From the NCBI GenBank assembly GCA_018302335.1, contig JAGVZT010000047.1, positions 1 through 61,042 on the forward strand: a stretch of DNA of 61,042 nt. Reading direction: 5' to 3'. Within the stretch, counting starts at the first letter, position 1. Every line of letters starts with the position of its first letter. Both the position numbers and the translations under genes were made by a program. The notes beneath the pieces are model-generated. The model was not told the origin of the DNA. It did no database searches and was given only the letters and a program-made list of their open reading frames with translations. Source of the stretch: Candidatus Woesearchaeota archaeon. Its GTDB lineage: Archaea; Nanobdellota; Nanobdellia; Woesearchaeales; JAGVZT01. Positions 27,547 to 36,185 of this stretch are shown piece by piece.

Positions 27547-29409
27547 CTACGGAGATGATAGAATGCACGCCCCGGCGCTGCATTCCCGGTCCGCGTCGCA
27601 GGGCATCACGCGCGTCTTCCGCTCGTCACCGTTGCAGAACTGCTCCTCCACCTCGCGCGCAGAGCGGCAGACATCCGGGTAGGTATCTTCGTCCGATTTC
27701 GGGGGGCAGAAGGGGCAGTCGCGCAATTCCACCCTCGCCGCGGTGCGGGGGCTCTGTCCGGAGTCGCTGTCCCAGCAGAGCGGTTCGGTGTTCAGCTTGG
27801 CCTGCCGCGCCTCCTCGGTCGAGAGATAGAAGTCGGTGATGTCCCCGCGAGGCACGCAGGCCCCGAGGTAGCACATCTTTTGCGCAGGGCAGGGCAGCGC
27901 GAGCGTGACCACAGGGCCGTCAGCAGAGTCGCAGAGGAAATCGTACACCTTTCCATCATAGCACTCGTCCTGGTAGATGGTGTAGTTGCAGCTCTCGCAC
28001 TGCTTGTAGTACACCCGGTCGCGCGCGTCTCCCGGGAAGGCGCTGAGGGTGGTGCGCTGCCAGACGCAGCGCTGCCCGCTCTCTTTCGCGACATCGTAGT
28101 ACACCGAGGCGCTCATCTGCTCGCGCTCCCGCTGGACCTTCGCTGCTGCTCCTGGCTCAGAGGTGCATCTCCCCGCCTCGCAATGGGTGAAGCCGACCTC
28201 CTGGCAGTTCACCGAGCGCTCCCTCCGCACCGCGTCGCAGACCTGCTCCTTCAGGATGGCCGATGTCTCGCAGCTGTCCGCGGTTGCCTGCAGCGCGCAG
28301 GTCGGGCACTCCCGCACCTGCGCCTCTCCCGGGCGCTCGTAGCGTTCTCCCCCGTCACTGTCCTCGCAGACGACATGCTGCGCGAGCCACTCGCGCTGCA
28401 TCTCCAGCACCTCGCCTGGCGCCTCGGCGCAGCGGCCGAAGGCGCACGCGCATTGCACCTCCTGGCTCGTCGGGTAGAGCTTTCCGGAGACCGAGCTTCC
28501 ACAGCTGTACTCCTTCAGCGTGAAATCCGAAAGGCAATAGTCCTCCCGGCGCTCCTCGGCGCAGGAGGAGCAGTTCCTCGCGAAGACCGTGCCGCGCTCC
28601 TCGGGCTGGCCGAGGTCGCTGTCGAAGCACTCGGCGCCCTGGCTGCGCAGCGCGAGGATGTGCTCCGCCTCGGTGAATCCCTGCACGCTCGTCGAGCGGG
28701 AGGTGTTCCTGCTGCACGCCCCCTCGGCGCAGATGCGCCGCAGGGACGAGCAGTCGATGCCCTCCTCGACCAGGACTCCGGAGACACAGGTCCGCTCGAC
28801 GAGGGTGAACAGGCCTGCACAGGAATCAGACAGGAGCTCGACCTCGCACGTGGAGCAGTTCCTCGCGAAGACCTCCTCGCGAACCAGCGCGTTGCCTGTC
28901 GTCCGGCCGGCACAGGTTCTCGGAGCAGTCTCCTCCACCTCGGCAGGCGGCTTCTCCTCCTCCGGCGCGAGGAGCACGACGCGGGGAGGATGGCTGAACC
29001 GCGCGCGCAGGCGCAGGAGCGCGATGCCCATCCGTTTGAACAATCCCGTCTCGTAGCGGAGCGTGCCGTCGGCGAGCGCCTCGCGCAGCCCCTTCTCCCC
29101 CCTCGCGAGGGAGAGCAGCGCCTTTCGGGTGACATGGACGCGCATGGTGCTGTCCTGCAGCTCGGAATGGACCACCTTCCCGATGCGCACGCCGTCCATC
29201 ACGATGCCCAGGGTCTCTTCAGGACGCTGGCGCTCGAGGTGCTGTTCGCTCTCGTACACCGAGAGGGTGATGCGCTCGTCGTGGAGGGCGCTCTGCAACT
29301 CGGCCGGAAGGGAGTCCATCCCGTTCCACGCTGCGACGATGTCGTCGAAATCATCGGCGCGCGCGAGGGGAAGCGCAAGGAGCAGCATGAGGAGCAGCGG
29401 CAGTCTCAT
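27547..29409 (-). CDS. Secreted protein: signal peptide + N-terminal domain + five tandem 8-cysteine repeats
   Basis: Signal peptide MRLPLLLMLLLALPLARA. Five ~70-75 aa units, each with 8 Cys in the order C...CxxC...C...C...C..C...C (for example ECFDSDLGQPEERGTVFARNCSSCAEERREDYC...CACAFGRC). 40 Cys in the repeat region. Confidence 0.8.
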   Translation of the reverse strand: MRLPLLLMLLLALPLARADDFDDIVAAWNGMDSLPAELQSALHDERITLSVYESEQHLERQRPEETLGIVMDGVRIGKVVHSELQDSTMRVHVTRKALLSLARGEKGLREALADGTLRYETGLFKRMGIALLRLRARFSHPPRVVLLAPEEEKPPAEVEETAPRTCAGRTTGNALVREEVFARNCSTCEVELLSDSCAGLFTLVERTCVSGVLVEEGIDCSSLRRICAEGACSRNTSRSTSVQGFTEAEHILALRSQGAECFDSDLGQPEERGTVFARNCSSCAEERREDYCLSDFTLKEYSCGSSVSGKLYPTSQEVQCACAFGRCAEAPGEVLEMQREWLAQHVVCEDSDGGERYERPGEAQVRECPTCALQATADSCETSAILKEQVCDAVRRERSVNCQEVGFTHCEAGRCTSEPGAAAKVQREREQMSASVYYDVAKESGQRCVWQRTTLSAFPGDARDRVYYKQCESCNYTIYQDECYDGKVYDFLCDSADGPVVTLALPCPAQKMCYLGACVPRGDITDFYLSTEEARQAKLNTEPLCWDSDSGQSPRTAARVELRDCPFCPPKSDEDTYPDVCRSAREVEEQFCNGDERKTRVMPCDADRECSAGACILSSP

Positions 29410-30563
29410 CGCAGCACCCTCGCGGTCTCTCTCGCGATTTCCCGCTCCTCGTCCGTGGGGATGACCAGCGCGGCGATGCGGGAGCTGCTCCGGGTGATGA
29501 CCGCGCGGTTCGCGGGGTTCGCGCGAGGGCAGAGCCGCAAGCCCTGGTGCCGGAATCCGGAGAGGACGCGTCTCCGGACCTCAGGAGCGTTCTGCCCGAT
29601 GCCCGCGGTGAACACGATAGCGTCCGCTCCATTGAGCAGCGCCATGTACGCGCCGATGTGCTTCGCGACCGCGCGGCAGTAGATGTTGAGCGCGAGTCTC
29701 GCTTTCCGCTCGCCGCGTTTCGCGCGCGAGAGGATGTCGCGCATGTCCCTCGTGCCGGCGAGGGCCTTGAGGCCGCTCTCGCGGTTGAGCAGTTTCTCCA
29801 CCTCCGCCGGGGAGAGGCGCTCGCGCTGCGCGATGAGCAGGGGGATGGCAGGGTCGAGGCTGCCGCAGCGCGTCCCCATGACCAGGCCTTCGAGCGGGGT
29901 GTACCCCATGGTGTTGTCCACCGAGCGGCCGTTGCGGACCGCGGTGAGGGAACTGCCGTTGCCCAGATGGCAGGTGATGAGCTTCAGCTGCGAGAGCGGC
30001 CTGCGAAGGATGCGCGCGGCCTCCCTCGCGACGTACTGGTGCGAGATGCCGTGGAAGCCGAAGCGGCGGATGTCCCGGAAGCGCTCGGGCAGCGCATAGC
30101 GCCAGGCCTCTTCCGGCATGGCGGCGTGGAACGCCGTGTCGAACACCGCGACCTGCGGCCTGCGGAGCTTCCCGCAGGCGAGGATGCCCGCGAGGTTGTG
30201 CGGGTTGTGCAGCGGTGCGAGACGGATGCTCCTGCGTATCGCGGCGATGCTCGCGCCGTCGAGCAGGGTGCTCTGCGTGAACGACCCGCCGTGCACCACC
30301 CGGTGGCCGACCGCGTCAATCTCTTCCACGGACCTCACCACGTCCTGCGCGATGATGAGCCGCATCAGGTGCGAGATTCCCTCGCGATGGGTCCGGACGG
30401 GCAGCTTCAGCGCGATGGCCCGGTCTCCGGGAAGGGAGATGCTGAGCGAGGAGCCGGGGATGCCTATCCGGTCCACCAGCCCGCGGCACCGCTCTGCGCT
30501 TCCGCGGAAGACCGCGAACTTCACCGTGGAGCTGCCGCAGTTGATGACCAGGATGGTCCGCAC
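29406..30563 (-). CDS. ackA: Acetate (propionate) kinase
   Basis: ILVINCGSSTVKFAVF, HRVVHGG, LAPLHNP, VAVFDTAFH, RFGFHGISH, TCHLGNGSS, IVFTAGIGQN. GTG start is 23 nt from a TATA box. Its stop overlaps the downstream ATG as ATGA. Confidence 0.9.
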   Translation of the reverse strand: MRTILVINCGSSTVKFAVFRGSAERCRGLVDRIGIPGSSLSISLPGDRAIALKLPVRTHREGISHLMRLIIAQDVVRSVEEIDAVGHRVVHGGSFTQSTLLDGASIAAIRRSIRLAPLHNPHNLAGILACGKLRRPQVAVFDTAFHAAMPEEAWRYALPERFRDIRRFGFHGISHQYVAREAARILRRPLSQLKLITCHLGNGSSLTAVRNGRSVDNTMGYTPLEGLVMGTRCGSLDPAIPLLIAQRERLSPAEVEKLLNRESGLKALAGTRDMRDILSRAKRGERKARLALNIYCRAVAKHIGAYMALLNGADAIVFTAGIGQNAPEVRRRVLSGFRHQGLRLCPRANPANRAVITRSSSRIAALVIPTDEEREIARETARVLR

Positions 30564-30585
30564 GCTGCCGTTCTGGGAGAGAGGG

Positions 30586-30595
30586 GCTTTAAAGC
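30586..30595 (-). promoter_or_regulatory. TATA box (palindromic) for ackA
   Basis: GCTTTAAAGC, 23 nt upstream of GTG 30563. Confidence 0.55.
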
Positions 30596-30627
30596 TTTCT
30601 CCCGGTCGCTGAAACCCTTAGGTTCTT

Positions 30628-30695
30628 CGGCCGTAATGCCGCACGATATCCGCGCTGCTTCGCCGGAATGACGGAATGTGGCAGCAATGCGGCCC
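30628..30695 (+). repeat. CGGCCG-bounded intergenic repeat, copy K (68 bp)
   Basis: CGGCCGTAATGCCGCACGATATCCGCGCTGCTTCGCCGGAATGACGGAATGTGGCAGCAATGCGGCCC. Confidence 0.75.
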
Positions 30696-30718
30696 AAGGT
30701 CGCCAAGCACACATGGTG

Positions 30719-31615
30719 TCAATACTGCGCTGTCCCGTAGAAGTCCTTCTCCAGGGTCTCCCACTCGCGCTTCACGCTCTCGGCGATGCGGGCAATCTGC
30801 TCCCCGCTCAGGTGCCGGAAGCGCTTCTGCCTGCGCATCCAGGGCGTGATGTCCCCGAAGCGGGGCCGCATGGTCACCTTCAGCTTCCCCTCGCGGATCT
30901 CGAAGAGCGGCCAGATGCCGAGGTCCACCAGCTCGCGGCCGATGGTCTTCGCGTCCTCCGGGTCGTGCCCCCATCCCGTGGGGCAGGCGGTGAGCACCTC
31001 GATGTACCGGAATCCCCTGATGTCGCGCGCAGCCTCGACTTTCTTCAGGAAGTCCATCTCGTACCCAACGGATGCCGTCGCGACGTACGGGATGCCGTGC
31101 GCAGCCATGATGCGGGGCATGTTCTTCCTGTTCGCGTCGTTGCCCCAGGGCGCGGCGCTTCCCGGTGGGGTGGTGAGGGTCATGCTTCCCAAGGGCGTCG
31201 CGGAGCTCGCCTGGAATCCGGTGTTGCCGTAGGAGGAGTTGTTGTAGCAGATGTAGATGATGTCCTCGTTCCGCTGGGCTGCCCCGCTGAGGGACTGGAA
31301 GCCGATGTCGTACGTCGCGCCGTCCCCTGCCTGGCACACGACGTGCGCCTGCTTCCCGGAGGCGCGGAGGCCGGCCTTGACGCCGCTTGCGACCGCCGAG
31401 GCGTTCTCTATCGCGCCATGCACCCAGGGCACTCCGTAGGGCGTGAAGGGATAGACCGCGCTGAGGGTCATGCAGCCCGCCGGGTTGACGAGCACGGTGT
31501 CCTTGCCGAGGACCTTGAGCGCGAGCCGGAAGGCGAGAATCGCCTGGCAGCCGGCGCAGGCCGCGCTCCCGCCGGTGACCAGCTCCTCCTCGGGAAGGGT
31601 CTTGAGGCTCACCAT
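30719..31615 (-). CDS. porB: 2-oxoacid (pyruvate):ferredoxin oxidoreductase, beta (TPP-binding) subunit
   Basis: GGSAACAGCQ N-terminus and the GDGATYDIGFQSLSGA TPP motif. Its ATG abuts the porA stop. Confidence 0.9.
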   Translation of the reverse strand: MVSLKTLPEEELVTGGSAACAGCQAILAFRLALKVLGKDTVLVNPAGCMTLSAVYPFTPYGVPWVHGAIENASAVASGVKAGLRASGKQAHVVCQAGDGATYDIGFQSLSGAAQRNEDIIYICYNNSSYGNTGFQASSATPLGSMTLTTPPGSAAPWGNDANRKNMPRIMAAHGIPYVATASVGYEMDFLKKVEAARDIRGFRYIEVLTACPTGWGHDPEDAKTIGRELVDLGIWPLFEIREGKLKVTMRPRFGDITPWMRRQKRFRHLSGEQIARIAESVKREWETLEKDFYGTAQY

Positions 31616-32773
31616 CTACATCACCCACTTCACGGTGTCCGTCTTCGAGCGCATCGCGTTCTCGGCGATGTCCCGCACGTCGCTCACGCTCACGGGCTTG
31701 CCCCCGAGGCCCGCGATGTAGTCGCACACTACTCCGCGGTATTTCCGCAATGCGCGGCTGACCTCGGTGTAGAGGATGCCCCCGGACCCCGGCGAGAGGT
31801 TCTGGTCCACCACCGCGACGCACTTCGTCCCGCGGAGGGCCTCCGCGACCTCGTCGTACGGAAAGGGCCGGATGAGACGCAGCCTGACCATCCCGACTGC
31901 CCTGCCTTCCTTGCGCATCTCCTCGACGGCCGCCTTCATGATGGAGGCATTGGCGCCGATGCCCACGATGGCGCATTCAGCGTTTTCCATGCGGAAGGAT
32001 TCCACCGAGCTGTACTTCCTTCCCGTGAGCTTGGCGAACTCGCGGTGCGCCCTGTCCACCACCGTCAGGGCGTTGCGCTGCGCGCGATGGACCTGCTGCC
32101 TGAACAGGGTGTACTCGGACATGACCGGGATGCCCAGGGTCTTCGGATGCTCCGTGTCGAGGGTCACTTCCTGGCGCAACTCCGGGAGGAAGCTCCGCAC
32201 CTCCTTGACCGAGGGGATGTCCACGGGTTCCCGGGTGAAGGAGTGGGTGAAGCCGTCCATGTTGACCATCGCCGGGAGGAGCACCCGCTCGTCCTCCGCG
32301 ACGCGGTAGGCGATGATGACGCTGTCCAGTATCTCCTGGTTGCTCTCGCAGATGAAGGTGACGAATCCTGTGTCGCGCGTCATAAGGACGTCGTTGTGGT
32401 CGCACCACAGGGTGATGGGCGCGCTGAGCCCCCGCGAGACATTCGCCACAACCATCGGCAGCCGCAGCCCGGAGGCGATGGGGAGCATCTCGAACATGAG
32501 CATCAGCCCCTGGGAGCTGCTCCCGGTGAAGGTCCGCTGCCCGGTGAGCTGGCTCCCTATCGCCGAGGACAGCACCGAGTGCTCGCTTTCCAGGGTGTGG
32601 AACTCGCCCTGGTAGACTCCCGCTGATTTCCATTCCGCGAAGGCTTCCATGATGCCTGTCTGGGGAGTGATGGGGAAGAACGGCGCGCAGCGCACCTCCG
32701 AGAGCAGCGCGCCGTATGCCGCGCTCTTGTTGCCGGTCAGCAGCTCTCGCTCTCCTTCATGCGGGATGGCCAT
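31616..32773 (-). CDS. porA: 2-oxoacid (pyruvate):ferredoxin oxidoreductase, alpha subunit
   Basis: LLTGNKSAAYGALLSEVRCAPFFPITPQT. ATG at 32773 is preferred (17-nt overlap with porD); an alternative ATG is at 32800. Confidence 0.9.
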   Translation of the reverse strand: MAIPHEGERELLTGNKSAAYGALLSEVRCAPFFPITPQTGIMEAFAEWKSAGVYQGEFHTLESEHSVLSSAIGSQLTGQRTFTGSSSQGLMLMFEMLPIASGLRLPMVVANVSRGLSAPITLWCDHNDVLMTRDTGFVTFICESNQEILDSVIIAYRVAEDERVLLPAMVNMDGFTHSFTREPVDIPSVKEVRSFLPELRQEVTLDTEHPKTLGIPVMSEYTLFRQQVHRAQRNALTVVDRAHREFAKLTGRKYSSVESFRMENAECAIVGIGANASIMKAAVEEMRKEGRAVGMVRLRLIRPFPYDEVAEALRGTKCVAVVDQNLSPGSGGILYTEVSRALRKYRGVVCDYIAGLGGKPVSVSDVRDIAENAMRSKTDTVKWVM

Positions 32774-33053
32774 GGGTGTCACGCTCGTGGGTGATGGCAT
32801 CGGGCTGGCAGACCTCTTCGCAGAGCAGGCAGCCCTTGCAGATGTCGTAGTTGATGTGGGGATAGCCGTCCTTGTCCAGGGTGATGGCGCTCTCCGGGCA
32901 GCTCACCCAGCACATGCGGCACGCGATGCATTTCTCCTGATGGACCTCGGGCATGAACGTGCGCCAGTCGCCCGTGATGCGCTTCTGTCCCGGAACAGCG
33001 AAGGGCACTCCTTTGCTTCCGGTGAACTGCAGGTCCTCGTCCTCGACAATCAT
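32757..33053 (-). CDS. porD: 2-oxoacid:ferredoxin oxidoreductase, delta (2x[4Fe-4S] ferredoxin-like) subunit
   Basis: CIACRMCWVSCP and CKGCLLCEEVCP cluster motifs. ATGA overlap with the porG stop. Confidence 0.88.
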   Translation of the reverse strand: MIVEDEDLQFTGSKGVPFAVPGQKRITGDWRTFMPEVHQEKCIACRMCWVSCPESAITLDKDGYPHINYDICKGCLLCEEVCQPDAITHERDTHGHPA

Positions 33054-33568
33054 CGTCGCGCCTCGTATCCCTTCTGCGCAGCGAGCTTGTTCCGCTCCAC
33101 CATCTCCGGAGCGAGGTCCGCCATCTCTATCGCGATGGACTGCAGGAGATGCTCCAGCTTCAGCTCGGGCAGCAGCGAGAGCGACGCCCCTGCGATGACC
33201 GTGTTCGGGATGGGTTTCTTGAGTATCTCGAGAGCCATGCCGGTCGCGTCCAGGCACGCTGCGCCTTTCATCGGCTGCGATGCGTTCACGAGGATCGCGG
33301 TGTCCGGCTTCTTCCCGGCAAGGCAGGCCTCCATGGGGATGGTGGTGTCGAGGATGATGATGACGTCAGGGTTGGGGATGGCCCCCCGCATGAGAATCCG
33401 GCTGGAGTCGAAGCGCACGAAACTCACCACCGGCGCCCCCCTGCGTTCGGCTCCGTAGATGGGGAAGTCCTGCACCCAGAATCCCGCAAGGTAAGCCGCG
33501 CGCCCGATAATCTGCGCCACGGTCTTCACTCCCTGGCCCCCGCGGCCGTGGATGCGTATCTCCCTCAT
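33050..33568 (-). CDS. porG: 2-oxoacid:ferredoxin oxidoreductase, gamma subunit
   Basis: MREIRIHGRGGQGVKTVAQIIGRAA, FPIYGAERRGAPV. Confidence 0.88.
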   Translation of the reverse strand: MREIRIHGRGGQGVKTVAQIIGRAAYLAGFWVQDFPIYGAERRGAPVVSFVRFDSSRILMRGAIPNPDVIIILDTTIPMEACLAGKKPDTAILVNASQPMKGAACLDATGMALEILKKPIPNTVIAGASLSLLPELKLEHLLQSIAIEMADLAPEMVERNKLAAQKGYEARR

Positions 33569-33590
33569 CGCAAAAACCGGGAGGGAAGAG

Positions 33591-33601
33591 CTCTTTTAAA
33601 C
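33591..33601 (-). promoter_or_regulatory. TATA box for the porGDAB operon
   Basis: Forward CTCTTTTAAAC, reverse complement GTTTAAAAGAG; 23 nt upstream of ATG 33568. Confidence 0.6.
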
Positions 33602-33652
33602 ATCGTGTATAGACAGTATGGCCGTGCCCAGGGGATTGAAGACCCTGGAATC

Positions 33653-33720
33653 CGGCCGGAATGCCGCGCGAGTTCCGGGCTGTCTCACGGGAATGCCGGA
33701 TATTCTCAGCAATGCGGCCG
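33653..33720 (+). repeat. CGGCCG-bounded intergenic repeat, copy L (68 bp, used as archetype)
   Basis: CGGCCGGAATGCCGCGCGAGTTCCGGGCTGTCTCACGGGAATGCCGGATATTCTCAGCAATGCGGCCG. Its reverse complement matches copy P at 62/68 positions (hand alignment). Confidence 0.9.
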
Positions 33721-33757
33721 ACCCGTTCCTCGACTCTCTCTATCCGCCCAGGCACGC

Positions 33758-33769
33758 AATATTTATATC
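33758..33769 (+). promoter_or_regulatory. TATA box
   Basis: AATATTTATATC, 26 nt upstream of ATG 33796. Confidence 0.6.
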
Positions 33770-33795
33770 CTGCGCGGAGCATTGAAGAAAATTGC

Positions 33796-34653
33796 ATGCA
33801 GCGTCGGATTATTCTGTGGATTATTCTGGCGATTCTTCTCACCTCAATCACACTTGCAACTCCCGATGTCACCACCGAACTGCTCACGGAGCCGCTTGCG
33901 GGCATCGCGTACACCCCGGACTGCCTCGTGGAGTGTCACCTGCCGGTCCGTTTCACGTTTGATGCAGATTACACGGTCACCAACGTGGCTGCGGGGTGGG
34001 CAAAGACCACCGGGTTGGCGGGGCTAACGGCAGAAGCAATGGCTGAGCTGCTGCCCTGGTGGGATGCCACCAGTTCTTTCTTGCACCGTCTGTACATACC
34101 TGATTTTGACAGCCACAGTCTACGCGCAGTGATTCCTGCATTCAGGGTGAGAAGTCTCATTTTCAGGCAGCCCGCCAGCAAAACAGATTCGACGCAGCAC
34201 GTGCTGCCGTTACTGGCCCATACCCCATACCACCGTTCACTCAGTGTTCGCGACCGGCTGCACGTTTTCGGATTAAGGGCCCTTTTGGTTTTACCCCCCC
34301 TCATCGCGTACGTCATACTAATTATAAAATTATGGAGGTCCACTGAACCAGGGGAGTCTACCGGTAGACGGTTGCTGTACCTTTGCGCGGGAGGCATCGC
34401 ATCGGTCCTTAACGTAGGTCTATTCGCTGTCGGGTGGTTATTTTTCTATGGTGTCAGCCTTACGATGAGGCTCACAGGTTGGCTGCTCCTCGTCGTGGTA
34501 GCGAGCCAACCCCTCTTCTATATTTACATCAAGAGGCATCATAGGGGTTTTCTCACCAACGTCCTAAAATATGATTTGGTGCTCGGTTCGCTCCATGTCG
34601 TGACACTTCTTTTTTGGTATCTTTATTTCTCGCCTTTGATGATTATGTCCTGA
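33796..34653 (+). CDS. Membrane protein: signal/anchor + ~190-aa non-hydrophobic (presumed extracytoplasmic) region + C-terminal multi-TM region; lies in a GC trough
   Basis: MQRRIILWIILAILLTSITLA N-terminus and about 4 C-terminal TM helices. The 3' half uses A/T-rich codons (TTA, TTT, TAT, ATA) that are unusual for this window. The track extension from 33661 reads through copy L. Confidence 0.6.
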   Translation: MQRRIILWIILAILLTSITLATPDVTTELLTEPLAGIAYTPDCLVECHLPVRFTFDADYTVTNVAAGWAKTTGLAGLTAEAMAELLPWWDATSSFLHRLYIPDFDSHSLRAVIPAFRVRSLIFRQPASKTDSTQHVLPLLAHTPYHRSLSVRDRLHVFGLRALLVLPPLIAYVILIIKLWRSTEPGESTGRRLLYLCAGGIASVLNVGLFAVGWLFFYGVSLTMRLTGWLLLVVVASQPLFYIYIKRHHRGFLTNVLKYDLVLGSLHVVTLLFWYLYFSPLMIMS

Positions 34654-34825
34654 CCAAATAGGTGATTGAGAAGTTTGGTTACGTTCTCTTTCTGAATCAC
34701 AGGGTCCTGGGCTCCGGTGAAAGTCTCTCGCCGTTTCTCGACGTCAATCTCAGATTTCCGGTCACCTGCCAGGCATTTCTCCGGTGTCGAGGAGAAAACG
34801 CTCAAAACTCGCCGACTCTTTCACC

Positions 34826-34849
34826 GAAGCCGGTCATTAGAGCGGCTTC
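34826..34849 (-). terminator. 7-bp stem hairpin immediately 3' of the transporter stop codon
   Basis: GAAGCCG-GTCATTAGAG-CGGCTTC; the stop codon TCA (reverse complement TGA) is at 34850-34852. Terminator function is inferred only. Confidence 0.3.
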
Positions 34850-36058
34850 TCACAGGAAGGGCAGGTAGGTCAGGACATTCAGGATGGTGAGCGGGACGCC
34901 GACTTTCGCGAACTCCAAGAAGGAGATGCTTTCGCCCCGCCGCTCCGCGTTCTGGATGATGATGACATTGCTCGCCGCTCCCATGATGAGGAGGTTCCCC
35001 GCGAGGGTGCTCCCGGCGGCGAGGGCCAGGAGTTGGGCCGTGGTGGGCGCGCTGAGCGCGGGGAGGTACAGCGCCACGAGGGGCACGTTCGAAAGGAGCT
35101 GGGAAAGGGTCACGCTGACGGCGAGTATCGCCGGCGCAGAGCGCATCTCGTCGAGCAGCCCGATGGCCTGAAGGAATCCGCTTTGCCACACCGCGGCCAT
35201 GAGCACGAACATGGAGGCGAAGAACACCAGGGTGCGCCAGTCCGTCCTGCGGAGGAGCTCCAGCCTGCGGCCGCTGAGGAGCACGATGGCCGCGGGAAGG
35301 AGCGCGATGGCGACCAGCGGCAACTCGCGGCCGAGCGCCACGAGGATGACCTTTACGGCGACCAGCCCGACGAGCGCGAGCAGCGCGATGCGCGCGATGC
35401 GCGCAAGAGACGCGTCGCGGATGGGCTCCTGGGAATGGCTCAGCGAGGCGCGGGTGAAGTGCGGCCGGTACCAGATGCGCAGCACGATGAAGGCCTCGAG
35501 CAGCGCGAGGAAGGTGGGGACCGCAAGCCCCCGGAGGAACGTGACGAAGGGATTCCGCACCGGGCCGTGCAGCGCGATGAGCAGGTTCTGGGGGCTGCCG
35601 ATGGGCGACATCACTCCTCCGATGGTGACGCCGAACGCGAGCGCGAGGAGCAGCACCTTCGGAGGCATGCCATGCCGCCTGGCGAGGAGCAGCACCACCG
35701 GAGTGCCGATGATGGCGAGGGTGTCGTTCATGAGGAGCGCCGATGCGAAGCCCGCGCCCAGCAGCACCGCGAGCAGGAGGCCGTCGAGGGTCCGGCTGCG
35801 GCGGAACCAGCGGTACGCGGCGTGCGAGAGGTAGCCGCTCTCCTCCAGCGCCGCGCCGAGGAGGAAGACCCCGGAGAGGAAGAGCATCACCTCGGGGTCG
35901 ATGGCCGCGAGGGCCTCACGCGGGGATATCTGGCCGGTGAGGAGCGATGCGAGCGCGCCGAGAAGCATGACCTGCCATATCTGCAGGCGGATGCTGCCCA
36001 CCTGCCGCACCGCGATGAGCAGGAGCACGGCGGCCAGAATGATGACTGCGGGATTCAC
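34850..36058 (-). CDS. Anion/ion permease of the ArsB/NhaD (CitMHS-like) superfamily
   Basis: 402 aa with more than 10 TM helices. N-terminus VIILAAVLLLIAVRQVGSIRLQIWQVMLLGALASLLTGQISPREALAAIDPEVMLFLSGVFLLGAALEESG is typical of this family. GTG start. Confidence 0.78.
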   Translation of the reverse strand: MNPAVIILAAVLLLIAVRQVGSIRLQIWQVMLLGALASLLTGQISPREALAAIDPEVMLFLSGVFLLGAALEESGYLSHAAYRWFRRSRTLDGLLLAVLLGAGFASALLMNDTLAIIGTPVVLLLARRHGMPPKVLLLALAFGVTIGGVMSPIGSPQNLLIALHGPVRNPFVTFLRGLAVPTFLALLEAFIVLRIWYRPHFTRASLSHSQEPIRDASLARIARIALLALVGLVAVKVILVALGRELPLVAIALLPAAIVLLSGRRLELLRRTDWRTLVFFASMFVLMAAVWQSGFLQAIGLLDEMRSAPAILAVSVTLSQLLSNVPLVALYLPALSAPTTAQLLALAAGSTLAGNLLIMGAASNVIIIQNAERRGESISFLEFAKVGVPLTILNVLTYLPFL

Positions 36059-36115
36059 GCCCCCTGCGCCTGAAGCGGCTTCTTATGCTTTGCGCCGTGC
36101 TCACGTACCGGGAGT

Positions 36116-36176
36116 CGGCCGCGCTGCGGAGCATATCCGGGATTCCGGCGCCGAGGATTGTACGACTTTCCGGCCG
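36116..36176 (-). repeat. CGGCCG-bounded intergenic repeat, copy M (61 bp)
   Basis: CGGCCGCGCTGCGGAGCATATCCGGGATTCCGGCGCCGAGGATTGTACGACTTTCCGGCCG. Confidence 0.75.
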
Positions 36177-36185
36177 AGAGACGGT

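Noticed and set aside
34623-34805. 60-aa minus-strand ORF (MSVFSSTPEKCLAGDRKSEIDVEKRRETF...) in the low-GC spacer
   Set aside because: It overlaps the 3' end of the 33796..34653 gene, lies downstream of a hairpin that follows the transporter stop, and has no TATA box or SD. No family resemblance. It may be a gene fragment, but that is unsupported.
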